Shown here piece by piece: positions 8,713 to 17,787 of a DNA stretch of 64,000 bases (position 1 is the stretch's first letter; each line of letters opens with the position of its first letter). Under the pieces are notes generated by a model, which saw nothing but the letters and a program-made list of their open reading frames with translations, was not told where the DNA came from and searched no databases. Origin of the DNA: Thermotogota bacterium (lineage in GTDB: Bacteria; Thermotogota; Thermotogae; Petrotogales; Petrotogaceae). Position numbers and translations under genes: made by a program. Location: NCBI GenBank assembly GCA_051748045.1, contig JBNJGY010000003.1, forward strand, positions 1 to 64,000. Reading direction: 5' to 3'.

Positions 8713-10485
8713 ATGTCTATAAAATTTAAAAATATATTTTTTCTAGTATTAGCATTAATTCTAATGGGTTTTTTTATTTTTTTGATGATTAATTTACCAT
8801 CAAAAAATCAAAGTAGTAAAAAGAATGAAGATATAATAGTAAATAATATTGATTCGAACTTAGATTCTAGTAGTTTAAACATCGGTATAATAAATGGAGG
8901 TTACGAAGGTATTTATATATATGATTTGTCTAAAAAAGAAATAGTTAAAAATATAAATACTGGAAATTATGTTAATAAAGCAGAGTTAGATGGAAATTAT
9001 ATATATTTGGTAGATAAAGAGGGTTTAAAAATTTATTCTGTTAATAATAGTTTTGAAGTTGAATTGTTGAACTCTTTTAATACATATGGCGACTCTCTTT
9101 CTTTGGTAAAAAATGGAGACTATATATATTTAGCTGATGGAAACAACGGGATAGTTGTTTTTGAACTAGATAAAAATATATATATTAGATTTTTACAACA
9201 TATAAGAATAAATGGTATAGTTATCGAGCTTGTGAAAAAAGATGATTATATTTTCACTTTAGGACCTAGATTTGGATTAAAGATTTTTGAAATACAAGAA
9301 AATAAATTAAAAGAAATATCTTCTTATGCGTCTTTAATTTCCCCATCAAAAATTTACATCCATGACAATACATTATTTATAAAAGATGATTTTTTAGGAT
9401 TGTATACTTATAATATTAGTTCTATATTGAAAAACAATAATTTTTCTCCTGAGAAAAAATATAATTTTCAAATTGGGGATATAGCAGCAATTTCTGAAGA
9501 TAAATTTTATTTTACAAACTCAAGAGGACTTAATTTATATGAAAATGATAAATCAACCTTAATATATGAAGATAATTTACTACGTTCAAGTATAAAAATC
9601 AATGAAAATGAAGTATATATATCAAAAAAAGAAAAAGGCTTTAAAATTTATGATTTAAATAAAAACAAAATAATATTTGATCACAATATATTGTCATATG
9701 TTAATAATATTAATGTTTTCAAGAATGGAATATTTATAGAAGATAGTAATGTAATACATTTTTTTGATAAAGATTTTAACCTTAAGTGGAGTAAAGAAAT
9801 AGAAGGAACAGTTACGAAAACTCAAGATGGGATGATTTCTTATAAAGATAATTCTGTTACCCTAATAAAAGAAAAAGAAGTTATCACAAAGCAATATGAA
9901 TATCCAATTAATAAAGTAATAGATAATCATGAAAATATATTAGTTATTACAGATGAGTCCATTTTATCATTTCAAGAAGGGAATGCTATCTTAGAAGGGA
10001 ATTATATAGATTTTTTGAAATATAACAATGAATTCTTTGTAGCAGATAAAAATAATATATATATTTTCGATCCACTATCTAAAGAACTCAATAAAATATT
10101 TTATAGTTCTAATGAAATTTATTCAATAGAAAAAAATTCCGAATATCTTTTTATTTTAACAGATTATGGAATTCAATTTTTAGATAATAATTATGAACCG
10201 ATAAAACATTTTTCTTATTCTTCTTATCCTGATAATTATATATTCAAAGATGATTTATTTTACATGACAATACAAGATACTTTCTTAATTCTAAATTCTA
10301 GAATTGATAATATGTACTATGAACATGATTTTAAAGTGCCTCTAGTTGATATAGATGTATTTAATGATCAAATTTATCTTTCACATTCATCATATGGAAT
10401 AGAATGGTTTGAATTAAATAAAAATTTAGAACTTATTTTAGAAGGAGAATTTTTAATATTTAATGCAAATAATTTTTATTTATAA
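8713..10485 (+). CDS. Membrane-anchored LVIVD-repeat beta-propeller protein
   Basis: N-terminal TM helix; repeats GNYIYLVDKEGLKIY, GDYIYLADGNNGIVVF, DDYIFTLGPRFGLKIF, NDQIYLSHSSYGIEWF; ATG 8713 behind GGGGAG. Confidence 0.75.
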   Translation: MSIKFKNIFFLVLALILMGFFIFLMINLPSKNQSSKKNEDIIVNNIDSNLDSSSLNIGIINGGYEGIYIYDLSKKEIVKNINTGNYVNKAELDGNYIYLVDKEGLKIYSVNNSFEVELLNSFNTYGDSLSLVKNGDYIYLADGNNGIVVFELDKNIYIRFLQHIRINGIVIELVKKDDYIFTLGPRFGLKIFEIQENKLKEISSYASLISPSKIYIHDNTLFIKDDFLGLYTYNISSILKNNNFSPEKKYNFQIGDIAAISEDKFYFTNSRGLNLYENDKSTLIYEDNLLRSSIKINENEVYISKKEKGFKIYDLNKNKIIFDHNILSYVNNINVFKNGIFIEDSNVIHFFDKDFNLKWSKEIEGTVTKTQDGMISYKDNSVTLIKEKEVITKQYEYPINKVIDNHENILVITDESILSFQEGNAILEGNYIDFLKYNNEFFVADKNNIYIFDPLSKELNKIFYSSNEIYSIEKNSEYLFILTDYGIQFLDNNYEPIKHFSYSSYPDNYIFKDDLFYMTIQDTFLILNSRIDNMYYEHDFKVPLVDIDVFNDQIYLSHSSYGIEWFELNKNLELILEGEFLIFNANNFYL

Positions 10486-10486
10486 A

Positions 10487-10515
10487 AAAATAATGGTGCT
10501 AAGCACCATTATTTT
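10487..10515. terminator. Bidirectional terminator between convergent genes
   Basis: AAAATAATGGTGC-TAA-GCACCATTATTTT. Confidence 0.8.
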
Positions 10516-10808
10516 ATTGTTATTATTTTGTCTAACTTAACTATTTCAACGACCTTTTTTACATTAGGGTTATTGATATTATGTATTTCCATAACTCCAT
10601 TTTCTTTTTTGAAATCTGCAAAAAAGTAAAAAATTCTTCCTAAGCCACTACTGTCGATATATTCTAAATTACTCATATCTAATACAATTTTCTTAACTCC
10701 TGATTCTTTTAATTCATATAATTTTTCTTTGAGTTCATTTGAATTAGTTATGTCAATTCTTCCATCAAGAACTATTTTCCCTGTATTTCCTAAAATTTCT
10801 TTTTTCAT
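10509..10808 (-). CDS. STAS-domain anti-sigma factor antagonist (SpoIIAA/RsbV family)
   Basis: LDGRID and VLDMSNLEYIDSSGLG (phosphorylatable Ser). Confidence 0.92.
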   Translation of the reverse strand: MKKEILGNTGKIVLDGRIDITNSNELKEKLYELKESGVKKIVLDMSNLEYIDSSGLGRIFYFFADFKKENGVMEIHNINNPNVKKVVEIVKLDKIITIK

Positions 10809-10845
10809 AATTTATACCTCCTGAGAATTTTCTTATACTACCTAT

Positions 10846-10875
10846 ATTATAGCATATATTATAATTTAACAACAA
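10846..10875 (-). promoter_or_regulatory. Putative sigma70 promoter for the STAS gene
   Basis: Minus strand TTGTTG-N18-TATAAT with extended TG (TGcTATAAT). Confidence 0.55.
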
Positions 10876-12817
10876 GTCCGATTTTTTCAGGTAGAGCTAT
10901 AATTAAATCATCATTCTCAAATTTTATTTCTATATCTTCATTTCTCGTTTTAAAAACAGTTTGTGGTTTATTTATTCCATCAATTATTTTATTTGATATA
11001 GAAATATTTTTTTCATGATTTGAGTTTATTATAACTAAAAATTTTTCACTTTTATTCCATAGAAGAAAAGAAACGTACCCATCAGACCATTTCATAAATT
11101 TAAAACTACTATATTTAAAAGTATTTGATGATTTATAAAAATTTATGAGTTTTTTAGTAAATGATAGATTATTTTTATTAAAATCAGTTAAATTACCCCA
11201 AGGATAAGTTCTTCTGTTGTCAGGGTCTGTCCATCCAGCTAAACCTATTTCATCTCCATAGTAAATACCAGGAGAACCAGGTAACATAAACATGGTTAAT
11301 AACCCTATTTTAAAAATTTCTTCATCGTAATCTTTACCAGCTTCCTCATGGTTATCTTTATTTAGTCTTTTTATTTTTTTAGTTGTTCTTGTCAACCACC
11401 TGGAGTGATCATGATTACTTAACTGATTTAAAGCAGCAAATTTGCTGTTCATTGGTAACTGTGATAAAGCCCAATTTACAGCGGAGACAAAATAGTCAGA
11501 ATTTTGATAAAGATCATCTCTGAAATCATCATTATGTTTTTCTGTTCCTGTTAAAAAATAACTTATAGGATCCATGGTAGTTATATAATTCATTATTGTA
11601 TGCCAACTATTCTTTTCTAACCAGGGTAAAGGAGACCTATAGATTTCTGAAAAGATCAATTTATCTCTTGCATTTTTGTTGATCTTTTTTCTAAAATATC
11701 TCCAAAATGAAGAATTAGTTTCAAAATCTTTTGCTAATTCATCTGCAACATCTAATCTCCAGCCATCAGCATTAAAAGGTTGACTAGTCCATTTTATTCC
11801 TACTCTAGCGATTTCATCCCATAAATCTATATTTGAATAATTCAATTTTGGCAAAGTTGAATATCCCCACCAGCCTTCATAAAAATCTCCATGCCAATAG
11901 AAATATTTTTTATAAGGAGAATCCTTGTTATTCATAACGCCATTACTGTATAAATTTTTTTCATCAATCCATTTATGGTAAGAACCACAATGATTGAATA
12001 CACCATCAATAATTATTTTTATATCTTTAGCATGGAATGTCTCAATTAGAGTTTTGAATAATTCATTACTTTTTTCAACATTGTTTTTGGAAGTTGTTCT
12101 AACTTTGTATTTATCATCACCATTAACATCGTCCTCTATAACTCCAAAGTGTGGATCCACACTAAGGTAATCTTGTGTATCGTATTTATGTGGAGAAGGA
12201 CTAGTAAAAATAGGGTTTAGATATAAAGCTTCTATACCCAAATCAGTTAAATAATCTATTTTATCAATAACCCCTTTTAAGTCTCCACCATAGAACTCTC
12301 TATGACCATTCATATTGTCTGGTAGTTCGTCCCATTCTTTTTTTACAATAGGTTTTCCGTCATAAATATATTCATGAGTTACAGGATCATTAGTTTTATC
12401 TCCATTATAAAATCTATCTACAAAAATCTGATAGTAGATTCTTCCTAAAGACCATTTAGGTATTTCAAAGCCTGGTATTAAAATAAAATCATGTAAGTCT
12501 CTATTATCACATATACCCATAGCATCATATTTTATCTTCTTATCTTCATTTAGAGTATTTATTTCAAAGTGATATCTAATAATTCTTTTTGGCATAACAA
12601 ACTCATAAGAGAAATAATTAAAATATTTAGATGATTTTTCTTTTTTCATTTCTGCATGCGAATATCTCTTTGAGTTCTTTTCGGGAGTAAAATAAACATT
12701 TCCTTTAACTTCTCCTAAAAAATTAGGTACTTTTATTCTAATAACAACATTATCTCCAGGTTTTGGTTCAGTAGGAGACATAAAATTTTTAGTTTGATCT
12801 GAATGTATACTATACAT
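10859..12817 (-). CDS. GH13 neopullulanase/maltodextrin glucosidase-like alpha-glycosidase
   Basis: YQIFVDRF, FYGGDL, DGVFNH, DGWRLDVA (nucleophile), SEIY and NHD motifs; N-terminal Ig-like domain; no signal peptide. Confidence 0.92.
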   Translation of the reverse strand: MYSIHSDQTKNFMSPTEPKPGDNVVIRIKVPNFLGEVKGNVYFTPEKNSKRYSHAEMKKEKSSKYFNYFSYEFVMPKRIIRYHFEINTLNEDKKIKYDAMGICDNRDLHDFILIPGFEIPKWSLGRIYYQIFVDRFYNGDKTNDPVTHEYIYDGKPIVKKEWDELPDNMNGHREFYGGDLKGVIDKIDYLTDLGIEALYLNPIFTSPSPHKYDTQDYLSVDPHFGVIEDDVNGDDKYKVRTTSKNNVEKSNELFKTLIETFHAKDIKIIIDGVFNHCGSYHKWIDEKNLYSNGVMNNKDSPYKKYFYWHGDFYEGWWGYSTLPKLNYSNIDLWDEIARVGIKWTSQPFNADGWRLDVADELAKDFETNSSFWRYFRKKINKNARDKLIFSEIYRSPLPWLEKNSWHTIMNYITTMDPISYFLTGTEKHNDDFRDDLYQNSDYFVSAVNWALSQLPMNSKFAALNQLSNHDHSRWLTRTTKKIKRLNKDNHEEAGKDYDEEIFKIGLLTMFMLPGSPGIYYGDEIGLAGWTDPDNRRTYPWGNLTDFNKNNLSFTKKLINFYKSSNTFKYSSFKFMKWSDGYVSFLLWNKSEKFLVIINSNHEKNISISNKIIDGINKPQTVFKTRNEDIEIKFENDDLIIALPEKIGLVVKL

Positions 12818-12819
12818 CG

Positions 12820-14628
12820 TTACCCCTCCGAATTTTCTAAATCAGCTAATTCTAAAATAATCTTTTCTTCTTTTATTTCATATTTTTCTAATTTTTTTTC
12901 TATATCTCGTTTTTCTTTCATAAGTTCTTTAACTTTACCGTAATTGTCGCCATTTTCAACCATTTTTTGTTCTAACGAGTCTAATTCTAAGAATAAGGAA
13001 TCACTATTTTTTCTCATTTTTTCTAATTCTGATTTTAAAGATTTAATCCTATTTCTTAATTTTTTTTCTTTTTCATAATCATTATTTGGTTTATTTTTTT
13101 TTCTAATTTTAAATGAATCATTTTTTATATTGTTTAAAATATCGTCTAAATTATCTGTAATTATTGATTTTCCATTTTCAATAAGCAAATATTTATCAGA
13201 TATGTTTCTTATTAATTCTTCATCATGTGAAACCATAATAATAGAACCCTTAAATTCTTTTAAAGTATCTTCAAGTACTTGAACAGTCAATATATCTAAA
13301 TGATTAGTAGGTTCATCAAGAATCAAAACATTAGGTTTTTTTAGAAGAACTTTTGCCATAGCAAGTCTTGTTAGCTCTCCTCCAGAAATTGTACCAATTG
13401 TTTTAAAGACTTCATTTTGAACAAAACCAAACCTACCTATATACTTTCTAACTTCAAAATCTTTCCAATCAGGAACTAAAGACCACATTTCTGTCAATAT
13501 ATCATTTTTTTGATCAAATGAAGAAATTACCTGATCGATGTAACCAATGTCAATATTATATCCCCAATCATAAGAACCCTGATACTTATTTAATTTATTA
13601 GTTAAAATTTTTAAAAGAGTACTTTTTCCAGAACCATTTTTCCCTAGTATAGATAATTTTTCTCCTTCTTTGAGAGAAAAGTTGATATCTTTCAATAATT
13701 TTTGTTCTTGTTCATATGAAAAGGATATGTTTTTTACATTTATAACTTCGTACCCAGTATTTCTTGGTTCAGGTATTTTCAGGTTAATTGTATGTTCTTT
13801 TTCGATATTTTGTAATGATTCATATTCTTCTTTTAATTTAGCTAGAGTTCTTTCTCTAATAATAGCTTGTTTAACCATTTTTTCAGTTCCATATTTTCTA
13901 TATCTTTCTGCCATTTCAGAAATTCTTTTTATTTCTTTTGCTAAATTATTTTTTTGAGCTTCAGTTGAATGAATTAGATTTTCTCTATTATAGATATAAT
14001 CATGATAATTTCCTTTAAAATCCCAAACCTTAAAGCTATTTATTTCCCAGAATCTATTACAAATGCTTTTTAAGAATTCTCTATCATGAGAAACTAACAA
14101 AATAGCTCCTTTATAATTTTTTAAAAAGTTTTTTAACCAATTTATAGAATATAAATCTAGATGATTTGTTGGTTCATCTAAAAGTAATAGGTTATGATTT
14201 CCTACAAGGGTTTTACCTAAAGATAATCTTGTCAATTCCCCTCCACTCAAAGTTTTAACTTCTCTTTGCCACTCTTCATCTTTAAATCCAACTCCAACTA
14301 AAGTACTTCTTACTTTTTTTTCAAGCATATATTCATCAATTTCTTCTTTTATTTCTTCTCTTACAAAGTCATAAAGAGTTATATCAGGAGAATCAATTCT
14401 AAATTGAGTTAAAAAATTTATATTTAATTTATTATTTTTATGTAGCTTTCCTTCCATTGGTTCTAATTTCTCTGATATAATATTCAACAAGGTTGTTTTT
14501 CCAGAACCATTTTTACCTATAAGAGCAATTCTATCTCCTGGATATATTGAAAGATCAACGTTATAAAATAGATCTTGGTCTGCAAAATTGTGAGATACAT
14601 CTTCTAGTCTTAGTAACATTTTATCCAC
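12820..14628 (-). CDS. ABC-F family ATPase (translation factor) with C-terminal coiled coil
   Basis: Two NBDs (GKNGSGKT/S, LSGGE/ISGGE, LDEPTNHLD), FKGNY linker, no TM segments. Confidence 0.93.
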   Translation of the reverse strand: MDKMLLRLEDVSHNFADQDLFYNVDLSIYPGDRIALIGKNGSGKTTLLNIISEKLEPMEGKLHKNNKLNINFLTQFRIDSPDITLYDFVREEIKEEIDEYMLEKKVRSTLVGVGFKDEEWQREVKTLSGGELTRLSLGKTLVGNHNLLLLDEPTNHLDLYSINWLKNFLKNYKGAILLVSHDREFLKSICNRFWEINSFKVWDFKGNYHDYIYNRENLIHSTEAQKNNLAKEIKRISEMAERYRKYGTEKMVKQAIIRERTLAKLKEEYESLQNIEKEHTINLKIPEPRNTGYEVINVKNISFSYEQEQKLLKDINFSLKEGEKLSILGKNGSGKSTLLKILTNKLNKYQGSYDWGYNIDIGYIDQVISSFDQKNDILTEMWSLVPDWKDFEVRKYIGRFGFVQNEVFKTIGTISGGELTRLAMAKVLLKKPNVLILDEPTNHLDILTVQVLEDTLKEFKGSIIMVSHDEELIRNISDKYLLIENGKSIITDNLDDILNNIKNDSFKIRKKNKPNNDYEKEKKLRNRIKSLKSELEKMRKNSDSLFLELDSLEQKMVENGDNYGKVKELMKEKRDIEKKLEKYEIKEEKIILELADLENSEG

Positions 14629-14631
14629 CTC

Positions 14632-15318
14632 TTACAATTCAAATATCTTTTTAATATCTTTTTCATTTAAAGCTCTCCATTTTCCTAGGTCTATATCCAA
14701 TGATAACTCACCTATTTTAACTCTTTCAAGACTTTCAAGAGTTAAATCTATAGCTGATATCATTCTTTTAATCTGATGGAATTTCCCCTCTCTAATTTCA
14801 ATCATAAGAGTATTTTCATCTATCTCTTTTATTTTTGCTGGTAAAGTTTTGAAATCTGCTAAATCAATTCCATTTTTTATTTTATTTATTTTTTCTTCTG
14901 TAAGTTTTCCAGAATATTTTATAATATATCTTTTAAATACTTTATTTTCAGGTGAAATAACTTTATGAACAAAATTCCCATCATTAGAAAGCAATACCAT
15001 TCCTGTTGTATCGATATCTAATCTTCCTGCAATGGATAAATCATTTTTGAAAGGATGATCTATTAAATCAATTACTGTAGAATGTAAATTATCAATAGTT
15101 GCACAAACATAATTTTTAGGTTTGTTTAACATAATGTAAACATCATGATATGGAACCACTTTTTTTTCTTTAAAATAAACTTCATCCTCTTTAGATAGTT
15201 TATGAGAGGATTTTTTGATAATTTTATCATTAACTTTTACTTTTCCTTTATTGATATACTTTTTTACTTCACTTCTAGTTCCTATTTTAGCATTTGATAG
15301 AAATCTATCTAATCTCAT
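14632..15318 (-). CDS. rsuA: 16S rRNA pseudouridine-516 synthase (RsuA family)
   Basis: S4 domain MRLDRFL, LNKP, AGRLDIDTTG and EGKFHQIKRM motifs. Confidence 0.9.
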   Translation of the reverse strand: MRLDRFLSNAKIGTRSEVKKYINKGKVKVNDKIIKKSSHKLSKEDEVYFKEKKVVPYHDVYIMLNKPKNYVCATIDNLHSTVIDLIDHPFKNDLSIAGRLDIDTTGMVLLSNDGNFVHKVISPENKVFKRYIIKYSGKLTEEKINKIKNGIDLADFKTLPAKIKEIDENTLMIEIREGKFHQIKRMISAIDLTLESLERVKIGELSLDIDLGKWRALNEKDIKKIFEL

Positions 15319-16226
15319 ATTACTCTATCTTTTTTTACTATATAAGAATAAACGTCTTCAAGGTTAGGTGTTATTTTTCTTTTTTCTACATAACTTGGGA
15401 AATCAAAATCATCATTTTTAGTTTCAATAATAATTTTACTATTAGATATAATTTTAAATGAGAATAGTCTCTCGTCTTTATTTTCCAAAAATTTGACGAT
15501 ATCTTCAAACCTATCTTTATTAAAGTATATTTCATAAATAGACATTAAATTTTCAAACTGTTTATATATTTTATCTGTTTCATCTTTAAACACAATTTTT
15601 CCGTCTACAATTACACCAACTGTATTACAAATTTGTTCTACTTCCCATATATAATGGGAAGAAATGATAATAGTGGTATTATATTTCCTGTTATTTTCTA
15701 TGATATATTCTCTGATAAAACGACTAGTCTCTACATCAATAGCATTAGTAGGTTCATCCAGAAGCAAAATGCTAGGAGATTTAATTAGCGCTCTTGCTAT
15801 ATTTAACTTTTGTTTATTACCTGATGAGAGATTCTTTGTTAATTTTTTTCTATAAATATTTAGTCCAAAATCCTCCATCAATTCTTCAAGCTTTTCAGTA
15901 TAGTTTTTAACATTAGAAATTTCTGCAAACATTTTTAAATTCTCCAAAGGAGTTAAATCATCTTCCAAAACATTATAATCAGAAACTAATGAAATCATTT
16001 TTTTTACTTTATATAAGTTTTTATTTATTTTGTTATTATTGATTTTTATAGATCCTGTTGTAGGTTTTAGCAAAGTTGAAATCATTCTCATAATAGTTGA
16101 TTTACCTGCACCATTGGGTCCCAATAGACCAAATATTTCCCCTTCTGCTATTTCTAAATCAATATTTTTAACTGCATAAAAATTCCCGAATTTTTTAGAC
16201 AAATCTTTTATATCTATAGCATTCAT
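15315..16226 (-). CDS. ABC transporter ATP-binding protein (ABC-2/CcmA-like), no adjacent permease
   Basis: GPNGAGKS, LSSGNKQK, LLLDEPT, SSH and C-terminal PNLEDVY motifs. Confidence 0.9.
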   Translation of the reverse strand: MNAIDIKDLSKKFGNFYAVKNIDLEIAEGEIFGLLGPNGAGKSTIMRMISTLLKPTTGSIKINNNKINKNLYKVKKMISLVSDYNVLEDDLTPLENLKMFAEISNVKNYTEKLEELMEDFGLNIYRKKLTKNLSSGNKQKLNIARALIKSPSILLLDEPTNAIDVETSRFIREYIIENNRKYNTTIIISSHYIWEVEQICNTVGVIVDGKIVFKDETDKIYKQFENLMSIYEIYFNKDRFEDIVKFLENKDERLFSFKIISNSKIIIETKNDDFDFPSYVEKRKITPNLEDVYSYIVKKDRVI

Positions 16227-16237
16227 ATTAATACTCC

Positions 16238-16690
16238 TTATAATCGGTCATATTTTTCCACTTTTCTCAGTTTTCTATCAAAATCCCTTTTAGCAATAGT
16301 TTCTCTTTTATCATATTTTTTCTTTCCTTTTGCTACAGCTATATCTACTTTTATCAAACCTCTATCATTTATGTAAACTTTTAAAGGAATTATTGTAGAG
16401 TTATCTTGTTTAATTTTTTGATCAATTTTTATTATTTCATATTTATGTAGTAAAATTTTTCTAGGCCTTTCAGGCTCATGATTAAACATCGCAGATTGCT
16501 TATAAGGCGATATGTTTACATTGTGTAAAAAAACTTCATTTTTTTTAATTTTACAATAAGAATCTTTCAAACTAATTCTACCTTCTCTAATAGATTTTAC
16601 TTCTGAGCCAGTAAGTTCTATACCTGCTTGATAAGTATCTTCTATAAAAAAATCATGTTTGGCTTTTTTATTATTTACTATAACTTTCAT
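16238..16690 (-). CDS. smpB: SsrA (tmRNA)-binding protein
   Basis: NKKAKHDF, AGIELTGSEVKSIR and GKKKYDKRE motifs. Confidence 0.97.
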   Translation of the reverse strand: MKVIVNNKKAKHDFFIEDTYQAGIELTGSEVKSIREGRISLKDSYCKIKKNEVFLHNVNISPYKQSAMFNHEPERPRKILLHKYEIIKIDQKIKQDNSTIIPLKVYINDRGLIKVDIAVAKGKKKYDKRETIAKRDFDRKLRKVEKYDRL

Positions 16691-17787
16691 TATTTTTTAT
16701 CCACCTCAATTTCTCTTAATTCCTCAAAGTCAGCTTCTTTTTTCTTTCTGTTTAGAGCACCTAGTATTATTTCAGCTCTTCTTTTACCAATACCCGTTAC
16801 ATTGGTTAAATCTTCATAAGAAGCTTCCATTAAATTAGGAAGATTTTCAAAATTTTCTACAACATTTTTAACAGCGATTGTTGGTAATTTTGTAGAATAG
16901 AGAATTCTATAACCTCTAGGAACAATATTTCTTTCCTCCAATTCGTCATCAGAAGAAACTTCATAACCTAACTTTCTCGAAATTGTATATAAATTTACCA
17001 AATCATCTAATTTTACATCATCAAATAATTCTATAGAATCTTCAGATTTTTGGTAATCTAAATCTTCAATATGGTAATCCATTATTATAGCTCCAACAAA
17101 TTTAGGAATAGATCTTAAAATTTCTTCATACTCTAATTTAACACTACCAGAAATTTCACCTAATTCGCTAAGATATTTATCTACCCCTTGGGTAATTTTA
17201 ATTGTCACTAAACCTTTTGAAAGAATTTCAGCAACATCTGATAAAGAAACAGTTTTTCTTGCTTCCTCATTATTTAAATATTCAATTTGTTTGAAAAATG
17301 TCTGTTTATATCTTTGAGCGATTGTAATTTCTTGGTTTAATCGTTCAAAGATAATTCCTTCAGGTAATAATTCATGTCTTTTCTTTTTGTGAAAGACAGA
17401 AACAGCGTTTCTTCTTTTTGAAACAGCTATTGTTAAATCACCAGTCTGGTTTGAAATTTTTTCAGCAGTTCTATGTCTCATCCCAGTCTGTGAACTTGGG
17501 ATATTTTTATCTGGATTTAATTGAGCGTTAGCATATAAAATTTTAGTAGCTTCCTTGTTAATAACTATTGCCCCGTCCATTTTTGCTAATTCATAAATCT
17601 TTTCAGGTAAAAAATCTGAATTCAAAGTAAACCCTAATTGAATCAATCCATCTTCAAAATACTGTTCGGGATTTGAAGCTAAAAAAATTAATGCCCCCAA
17701 ATCAGCTTCTAAAATTCTATCAATTCCTTTTCTTAAGGGTTTTCCTGGAGCTAAAAAATCCATTATTTTTGTAAATTCTTCATTCAT
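16690..17787 (-). CDS. disA: DNA integrity scanning diadenylate cyclase DisA
   Basis: APGKPLRKG, ELAKMDGA and TGMRHRTA DAC motifs, C-terminal HhH (VTGIGKRRA); start reassigned to ATG 17787. Confidence 0.95.
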   Translation of the reverse strand: MNEEFTKIMDFLAPGKPLRKGIDRILEADLGALIFLASNPEQYFEDGLIQLGFTLNSDFLPEKIYELAKMDGAIVINKEATKILYANAQLNPDKNIPSSQTGMRHRTAEKISNQTGDLTIAVSKRRNAVSVFHKKKRHELLPEGIIFERLNQEITIAQRYKQTFFKQIEYLNNEEARKTVSLSDVAEILSKGLVTIKITQGVDKYLSELGEISGSVKLEYEEILRSIPKFVGAIIMDYHIEDLDYQKSEDSIELFDDVKLDDLVNLYTISRKLGYEVSSDDELEERNIVPRGYRILYSTKLPTIAVKNVVENFENLPNLMEASYEDLTNVTGIGKRRAEIILGALNRKKKEADFEELREIEVDKK

